DNA from: Raillietiella orientalis
Taxonomy: Eukaryota
Assembly (NCBI GenBank): GCA_036172245.1
Contig: JAYWIR010000043.1
Span: 62,001 to 126,000, forward strand
DNA: 64,000 nt
Direction of reading: 5' to 3'
Each line of letters starts with the position of its first letter. Position 1 is the stretch's first letter. The notes under the pieces are model-generated. The model made no database searches. It was not told the DNA's origin and saw only the letters and a list, made by a program, of their open reading frames with translations. The position numbers and the translations under genes were made by a program. Of this stretch, positions 62,845-64,000 are shown in pieces.

Positions 62845-62943
62845 NNNNNNNNNNNNNNNNNNNNNNNNNNNNNNNNNNNNNNNNNNNNNNNNNNNNNNNN
62901 NNNNNNNNNNNNNNNNNNNNNNNNNNNNNNNNNNNNNNNNNNN
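62845..62943. other. Assembly gap
   Basis: Run of N bases. Confidence 1.
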
Positions 62944-63533
62944 GTCCGCACGAGAAAAAGCTTTCATTTTCGAAACACACGAATGCAGTACAGCATCGAT
63001 GACCTGTTCCGTCTTGTCACACACGTGAACGGTCTTTTACGGCTGGGCATGCGTCAACTGTGAAGCGCGTCACTGTTGACGCATGCGCATCCAGAAACCA
63101 TGTTTCCCGTCTTCCGAAAACTGCACGCTATGAGACGGTTCCAAGCGATCGGAAGAGGAATCGGGAATACGCAGGGCTGTCTTTATCGTTCGCGGTTGCG
63201 TTGCGCCGGCCTGCAGACAGACCACCGGCCAGGATGAGCGGAAAGTTCGGAAATCGGGGTAACTCGCTGCTGCTGCTGAGTAGGATGTAATTAGCGAGAG
63301 CGCTGGACGTGATCCTTGACGATGCCTTTGTCCCGAGCAAGCGGCATCTTTGCTTTGTTGCTGCGTGCAAAAGTGCGCATTAGCAGCACCTGCCAAAGTA
63401 TTTGATGTAGAAGGAAGGGAAAAGAAAAGCTCTGCATAATCCCCAGCTAAGGATCCTCCGTGTTGTGGGCAGTGAAACCGCTACCCCGAAACGGATAGAG
63501 AGTCCTCGAGTTTTCCTTCGTTACCCACGGTTT

Positions 63534-63557
63534 CAGCTCAGCTCAGCTCAGCTCAGC
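63534..63557. repeat. Short (CAGCT)n microsatellite
   Basis: Four complete units plus a partial unit. Confidence 0.7.
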
Positions 63558-64000
63558 CATGTCGCTGGGATTTTTCACGCTTGCGTTCCCTGTACAAGTC
63601 CAGCATCCGAGATCCGCATGCAGGCATTGCTCGAATTGCGAACGCTCTGGGAGGATGTGTGTGAACCTGAGGTTCGGAAGCCATCGCGTAGCCTTCTTGG
63701 ACGCGCGCCTGGAAGAACACGACACCATTTGAGGTTGCCAGTGGTAGCGGAATGCCTGATCGACGAATGCGGATTTCCGTGCATTCGCGCTGGGAATTCG
63801 CGAAAACGTATAGAGAATGTAGTGGTATGATCTTGTCGGCTTGAGGCCAACCCATGGGAATGGCGAGAGATGGGAAGGTGCCGGTTGCCGAAATCAAGGA
63901 GGCGGCATGCTATATGGTGGTGGCTCCACGATCCTCTTGCCTTCGGTTGCGTACCGTCACGCTCTGGTCGGCTGCCTCAGCTACCCTGGGGTGCAACAAC

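Noticed and set aside
62944..64000. Short ORFs after the gap as host genes
   Set aside because: No recognisable motifs; a homology search or RNA-seq would be needed, and contiguity across the gap is unverified

Overview
Eukaryotic, GC-rich window; I cannot identify the organism from the sequence. Positions 1 to ~62,770 contain no recognisable host genes and consist almost entirely of L1-clade (Tx1-like) non-LTR retrotransposons from about four related families. ORF1 has two CX2CX4HX4C knuckles and a basic tail; ORF2 has an APE endonuclease, an RT and a C-terminal CCHC finger. Target-site duplications (TSDs) read by eye show that the array is nested: M(+) contains J(-) and L(-), J contains K(+), and Q(+) sits in R(-). 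Main observations: (1) every resolved insertion is into another element, and 12 of 14 3' junctions are antisense to the host. (2) Independent copies hit the same homologous position in diverged hosts (the GFG site and the VTLRNL|QDW site). (3) Elements end in AATAAA + a conserved GC hairpin + ~4 nt, with no poly(A) tail. (4) Full-length 5' ends share an ACGTGYTT-like motif. (5) ORF1 and ORF2 overlap as TAATG/TGATG, but one family has TAACA, with no AUG. (6) The endonuclease appears to lack the usual DNA-contacting loop. The array ends next to an assembly gap (62845-62943), followed by ~1 kb of unassigned sequence. Letters A-U are my own labels; boundaries without a TSD are approximate.
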